64,000 nt of DNA from Epithemia pelagica. Its lineage: Eukaryota > Protista > Bacillariophyta. The position numbers were made by a program, and so were the translations under genes. The DNA lies in contig OX337241.1 in assembly GCA_946965045.2 (NCBI GenBank), forward strand, positions 434,001-498,000, in the 5' to 3' direction. Positions 58,423 through 64,000 of the stretch are shown piece after piece (the stretch's first letter is position 1; every line of letters starts with the position of its first letter). Below the pieces are notes generated by a model. The model saw only the letters and a list, made by a program, of their open reading frames with translations. It was not told the DNA's origin and ran no database searches.

Positions 58423-59014
58423 AAAGGAGAAGATCCTCCATGGTCATGGTGGATTGTCAAAGGAAAACCTCTGCAGGCGCGTCGTGGAACGCGCATGCGC
58501 GTCGTCCCAGCTATAGTCTATACCGGCTCTATCCTCGCTCTCCCTCCTCCAGACAAAGAGGAGAGAGAGACTCCTCCTTCCACAGTTTCATACCAAACGA
58601 ACCTGTCTCTTCTCTCCCTGGTTTCGTTGTTTGCCATTGGAAAATCTCTGTTGCGAGCGCAACATCTGTAACGTCCATCCATGTGCACAATCATTTGGTT
58701 CAGGCCTCGACGATGAACCACAGAACTTAGTAGCAGCAAACAGATTTATACAAAGCAGTCCAATTTACCAGATGTGTGTGATGGACTATCCAAAACAACA
58801 ACAACAACAACAACAACAACAAATGGTACCGCAAGAACCGCTCTCGCAAGCGACAAAACTTCAGTAACGAATGTCCGTTGTTACTCCGACCACAAAGTCT
58901 TCCCTAGGTCGGCAGGTACTAGCTCTCTCCCATCGATATATAGGAGTGGTCGTCCAGTGTCTATATCTTTGGAACAAGGCATCCACAAAAGAACCCCCGC
59001 GTGTTTCTTCCGGA

Positions 59015-60256
59015 TCATTCGTCCATGGTTGGGTCTGGAACAAGAAAGGGGACCACACACGTCATGATTGTCACCACATGGTTGCTCCGATACTGAAGCG
59101 ATTTGTGATGTTTCCATCCCGTTTCCAGCCACCGCTTCCATTCGAGGTAGCTCCAGGTTTGCGATTCTAGTGCTACCGACTTGGACAAATTCTCTCGGGC
59201 CGCACTGGCAAACTTCCATACCGCTAGCTCGAATAAAGAGATGCGTTCCAACAATTCATACCACGCCAAATTCCGAATCAATGAGTCCTCCATCCACGAC
59301 CGATTTTCCTCCACAAGGGCGCGTACAATCACTTCATACATTTTATTCCACAAGGAACCATGATACGGTGACACGCAGTGTCGCATTCTGGAGAGAATCG
59401 TTTCGGCCTCATCCCGAATCGTGAGAATCGTCCGGACTCGACCCGACGGCATCTCACGCTGGCGGCTGCATCGGTGCCAATTCTCAGAGGGCACGTGCAA
59501 GCTCACCAATGGTGCCACGGCTGGATCCAATTTCGGCTTGTTTCTTTTGTGTGGTGGACAGCCCTTTAGTACATTCGAGTTGCCGCGAATAATGTCACTA
59601 CTACTACTACTACTACTACCGATCCCTGGATCTTGGACATCAACGAGGAATGGAAGAATGGTGTTGATCAGAATGACAACTTGGTTGCATCGATAGTGTT
59701 GTTTCTTGTGTGCCTTCCACCCACGTTCGTCCCACCATTTCCACTCGAGATAGGTTCGTTTCCGTTCTCCATCCGTGTCATTTTGAGTTTGAGTGAGACA
59801 GCAAAACTTCCACACGGCTAATTCCAGTAAGGAAATTTGTTCCAACTGCTGAAATGAAACAAAATCCTTGTGGGCCTGTTCCACCATTTGTTCATCTTCT
59901 TCCAGCAAGGCTCGTCCGAGGAGCTCAAACAGTTTGGCCCTCCACGGACCGTGAGACGACAAGTGTTGGTCAATCAATGCCGGGAAGGACCGAACAGTTT
60001 GGCGAACTTGAAGAATGGTCTTGGCTCGAGCCACAACGTGGTTGGAACGAGTCTGGTGCAAATGGGAAGAAGAATGATGCTGTCGTGCTCCTTGGACATA
60101 CTGGGTAAACTGGATGTTGCAGAGCTTGCACACAAAACTCGTGTTGCTGGAACCAGGGCTTGCCAGAGGTTCTACTCCTTGAATGGTCACCAGCTCCAAC
60201 AAGTCGTCGTCGTCGTCTTCTTCGGATTCATGATAGTTGGTCATGGTGGAGAACAC
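59015..60256 (-). CDS. C2H2 (U1/matrin-like) zinc-finger protein with two copies of an LLELAVWK domain
   Basis: CKLCNIQF...QHHSSSHLH, then ISLLELAVWK...YLEWKWW..GWK.HK..HYRCNQV..I..ILPFL and a second similar unit. Confidence 0.8.
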   Translation of the reverse strand: MFSTMTNYHESEEDDDDDLLELVTIQGVEPLASPGSSNTSFVCKLCNIQFTQYVQGARQHHSSSHLHQTRSNHVVARAKTILQVRQTVRSFPALIDQHLSSHGPWRAKLFELLGRALLEEDEQMVEQAHKDFVSFQQLEQISLLELAVWKFCCLTQTQNDTDGERKRTYLEWKWWDERGWKAHKKQHYRCNQVVILINTILPFLVDVQDPGIGSSSSSSSDIIRGNSNVLKGCPPHKRNKPKLDPAVAPLVSLHVPSENWHRCSRQREMPSGRVRTILTIRDEAETILSRMRHCVSPYHGSLWNKMYEVIVRALVEENRSWMEDSLIRNLAWYELLERISLFELAVWKFASAARENLSKSVALESQTWSYLEWKRWLETGWKHHKSLQYRSNHVVTIMTCVVPFLVPDPTMDE

Positions 60257-60808
60257 AAAGACGACGACAACAACAACAGCAATAGCGCCCTGTCATTGGC
60301 AACTCGCAAGTCTGTTTGGTCCGCCCCGTGTTGATTTTGGGGGGAGATGAGGGGGAATTGCGATCCCGTAGATATCGCATGAGTCACGATCCCATGAAAA
60401 TCTCAGTTCGTTCCGATGGCGCGCCGGCCCGTTACTCAGTCTTGGGACGTACTCCGACTCCTGCGAGAGACGGCTCGCGATGGTCGGTGGATTGGTTCGA
60501 CCATGGGAAGGGTCGTGAAACGGCGTGAGAAAACATATATTTTTTTTTGTTTCCCCGTCTCATGAGCACAACCAGCAGAGTCGTGCAAGTCGGTCCACTC
60601 GTGTGTCGTTTTCGTGTCAGTGTGGATCGATATATAAGTACATTATCGTTTTTCTCTCTCTCTTTGTGCCAAGAGGTCTCCAGTAGAAGGCACGATCCTT
60701 TTGGAGGAAGAGACGTTTCTACTGGAAAAGAACTCCAATATCCTCGCTATCCCAAGGATTTAGGAGACGCCATCCTTTGCGGTTGCTGTTGTTGTTGTTG
60801 TCATCATC

Positions 60809-63800
60809 ATGTCGACGACAAGTTGGTTTTCCAATTCCGTCCCAAATCGTACCGGAACGGATCATGACGACAAGGAAGAAGTAGTAGAGGAAGATGGATC
60901 GTACTTTTTTGATGCCGTCGATCGAACCTCCACGACGGATCAAGACGAGGAACCCACCGATCCTTCCGGCGATCGAAACGCCAACCATGAACAACAAGAA
61001 GGATCGTCCTCTCTGGAGGACGAACCCCGTCGTGCATCGGTTCGACACGGCAGTAGTCGTTTGGTGGGAACCGCACCGATTGATTTTTTGCAAGATGACA
61101 AGCGGGACATGACGTGGGGACGACGCATTGCCCTTCGACTCCAACACTATTCCTGGTACAATCCACAAACTACCAATCACGAATCGACGGAACAATCCGA
61201 GCACGAAGAAGAAGAACAAGACGAAGAACCCACCAATAATCGCGTCGACGATCAGAATGCAGAACAAGATCCATTGGTACGACAACAACACTCTCTCCAG
61301 GACAATAAGAATGATGCCTTTCCCTTTTCCCGTGCCATTCGAGAAACACCGTCCTTGGCCAAAGCATGGGCTTGTAAGTGTGGTGGTTTTGGAACATATC
61401 GGAGAAACAAAAACTTTTTCTTGGTGTTACTCACGAGTGTGATGTTGTTTGTTTCAAACTGCGTTTCTATGATTCTGTCGTTTTTGTGGCCTTGTGTGTT
61501 GTAGATTTTGAACATGTCGCCTTGGCGCGGTTCATTGTTCCGTCGCACAAGGCCAAAAACAGTACCCAAAAACCGTGGTGGATTCGCGTCTTGCATCGCT
61601 TTCAAAAGGCCAATCGTCCCTTGGATCGGGCCGAAGCCGGCGAACCCTACTTGCCGACCAAATTGTACAAGCCTGTCTTTACGCCGCACAAACAATTGGG
61701 CGATTGGGGCTTGGGCGTCGGCTTGTACTTTTCGACCTTGCGGGCCGTCATGCTTCTCACGCTCGTGGCTGGATTGTGCAGTTTACCCAACATGTTGTAC
61801 TTTGCCAGTAACGACTACAATGTGCAACCGCAAGAGAGTATTTCCAATCGCTTGTTGCAAGCCTCGGCCATTTGTACCGATACCTCCTGGGTGCTGTGTA
61901 CCGATTGCCGTACCGAGACGGACTATTTTGCCGACAATCGATTGCAAACGGGCAATTTGACAGCGACAACAACAACACTCGACACGTTACAAGCCGCACA
62001 ACGACAAGCTACCTTTGCCTTGCGCAACAATTGCGAGGGCGCCACCTACCGGACCGGCATTGTCAGTTTTGTCACACTCGTCTTGTTGGTAGTTGGTATG
62101 AGTGTCTTGACGCGATATTTAAATGCCATGGAAGTGGCCTTTGACGAAGACGAACAAACGGCCCAAGATTATTCCATTCTCGTTCAAAATCCACCCGGCG
62201 ATGCCACTAATGCACAAGAATGGCACGAGTACTTTGTTCAAAATTTTGACGGTGCCCATGCCACGGTCTGTACCATTGCCGTCGACAATGATTTGTTGGT
62301 TCGATCCTTGGTGGAACGACGCCAAGTCTTGAGAACGCTCGAGTTGCTTGTGGAATCCGGCACCTCGTTGGATTCCCTAACCTTGGCGGGCATTGCCGCT
62401 CACCAAGAACGACAACGGGGATTGTGGGGACGGGTCTGGGCCAGCCTGGTGCCAGGCATTCCGGAATTTTTTGCGCGACTCGTCGTTTTGACGGCCAAGA
62501 TTCAAGGCTTGGCCCAGCAAGATTATCCCGCGACCAAAGTCTTTGTCACCTTTGAAACCGAAGCCGCACAACGTCGCGTCTTGACCGCATTGTCGACGGG
62601 CAAATGGGATCATCGCCAGACTTCCAGTACTAATACGACCAAACCACAGCACTTGTTTCGTGGCACTGTGGCGTTGGAAGTCCAAGAACCGGACGAACCC
62701 AATACCGTTCGATGGCAAGATTTGAATGAAACGGGTTGGAATCGCATGAAACAACAAGGCTTGACCACCTTTTGTACCTTGGTGGCCATTGTCGTGATTG
62801 CCCTCGTCATTAATGTCTGCAATCATTCCTCCATTACCGTGTCGGCCTTTGCCATTGCCCTGTTCAATACTGCCTTTCCAGTCTTTGCCAAAATCTTGAC
62901 CAATACCTTTGAAAAACATGCCAGTGAAGGTGGCAAACAACGATCCTTGTATTTCAAAATTTCCCTCTTTCGCTTTGTCAATACGGCCGTGGTCATTTCC
63001 ATTATTACACCCTTTACGGCCACCTTGAGCCATACGAATGGACTCATTTCCCAAGTCTATGCCCTCTTTTTTGCCGAAATTGTCACCACCAACCTCTTGC
63101 AATTGGCTGGTAAGTATTTCTTGATGTATGGATACGCGCACAACTGGATGGACACTGGTGGGTGTGTTGGTTATCTCATGTCTTGGGTGTTCTTGTTTGT
63201 TGTTGTGATACTTTGTGCCTTTTGGGTCCATTGCAGATCCGGTGGGACATATGAAGCGGCACATTTTGGCACCCCGTGCCAAGACACAAGATTCCATGAA
63301 TCTGTGCATGCAAGGAGAAGACTTTGAACTTGCCGAACGATACACCAACATGACCAAAATCTTGTTCCTGACGGTATGGTATTGCGCCATTTACCCCGCT
63401 TCTCTCTTTATGTGTTCGTTTGCCCTATTTGTCAATTACTTTACCGACCGCTTTAGTTTGATGCGAAGCTGGAAACGAGCTCCCAGTCTCGGTTCCCGCA
63501 TGTCCAAGTTTAGTCGTCGGTACTTTTTCCCCTTGTCCATTGTCAGTATGGCCGTTCTGTCTTCCTTTTATTGGGCCGGCTTTCCTTTTGACAATTTGTG
63601 TCAATTGGATCAAGAAATTGGCCAGGACTATGCCGGGACGTGGATTGTGGGCAATGAAACCATTGTCGTGGAGGCCTCGGATCCGGCCTTTGGCTTTTGT
63701 TTGCAAAACTTTTGGCGGTACGATCGCGATGAAAAACGTTTTCCCTTTTTGCCCGAGTTTCAACGAAGTGGCGCGGAATGGATGACGGACGAACAAGAGA

Positions 63801-64000
63801 CAGTCACACGACTGTGGGGATGGACGTCAGTGGGTGTCATTATATTTGTCTTGACCAAGATTGTGCTAGCTTGGTGGAAGGCCCTACGAGGCATGTTTCG
63901 GAGTACTTATCGTCCCTGTGGAGACGATCAACACATTCCGTTCAGTGAGGTTCCTTCCATTTCCGCCTATATCCCCCAAGTGGACTCCAACGTCTTTTCC
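60809..64000 (+). CDS. OSCA/TMEM63(CSC1)/TMC-superfamily multi-pass channel; introns 61374-61504 and 63110-63236; incomplete at 3' edge
   Basis: GLGVGLYFSTLR, TAQDYSILVQNPP, EPDEPNTVRWQDL and FELAERYTNMTKILFL with many TM segments; both GT-AG introns restore a continuous frame. Confidence 0.8.

Overview
Eukaryotic nuclear DNA, most likely a pennate diatom (inference from the CoDi-type copia element, bipartite signal-peptide+AF plastid-targeting leaders, a diatom-type LLELAVWK domain and short GT-AG introns). The left 40 kb is rich in transposons and pseudogenes. It holds a 176-bp satellite array (1-4258) abutting the stop codon of a Helitron Rep/PIF1-helicase gene, a 5'-truncated 2,4-dienoyl-CoA reductase and two independently disabled DOMON/copper-monooxygenase/TLC-like genes. 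It also holds a patchwork insert with a cytochrome b NUMT, a complete Ty1/copia element nested in a non-autonomous hAT element, a PIF/Harbinger-type transposase with two divergent partner ORFs, and a Tourist-like MITE. The right 24 kb is gene-dense: two Q-rich putatively plastid-targeted proteins sharing a PRExRKQ repeat, a rhodanese-methyltransferase, a kelch protein, tandem peroxiredoxin-like genes, a CPBP protease, a zinc-finger protein and an OSCA/TMEM63/TMC-like channel running off the end. The most unusual signal is the copia primer-binding site. It lacks TGG and is instead complementary, in two boxes, to the first ~23 nt of initiator tRNA-Met, which suggests priming by a 5' tRNA fragment; the element also has a 6-bp TSD. 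All family assignments are from motif recognition only; no database searches were run.
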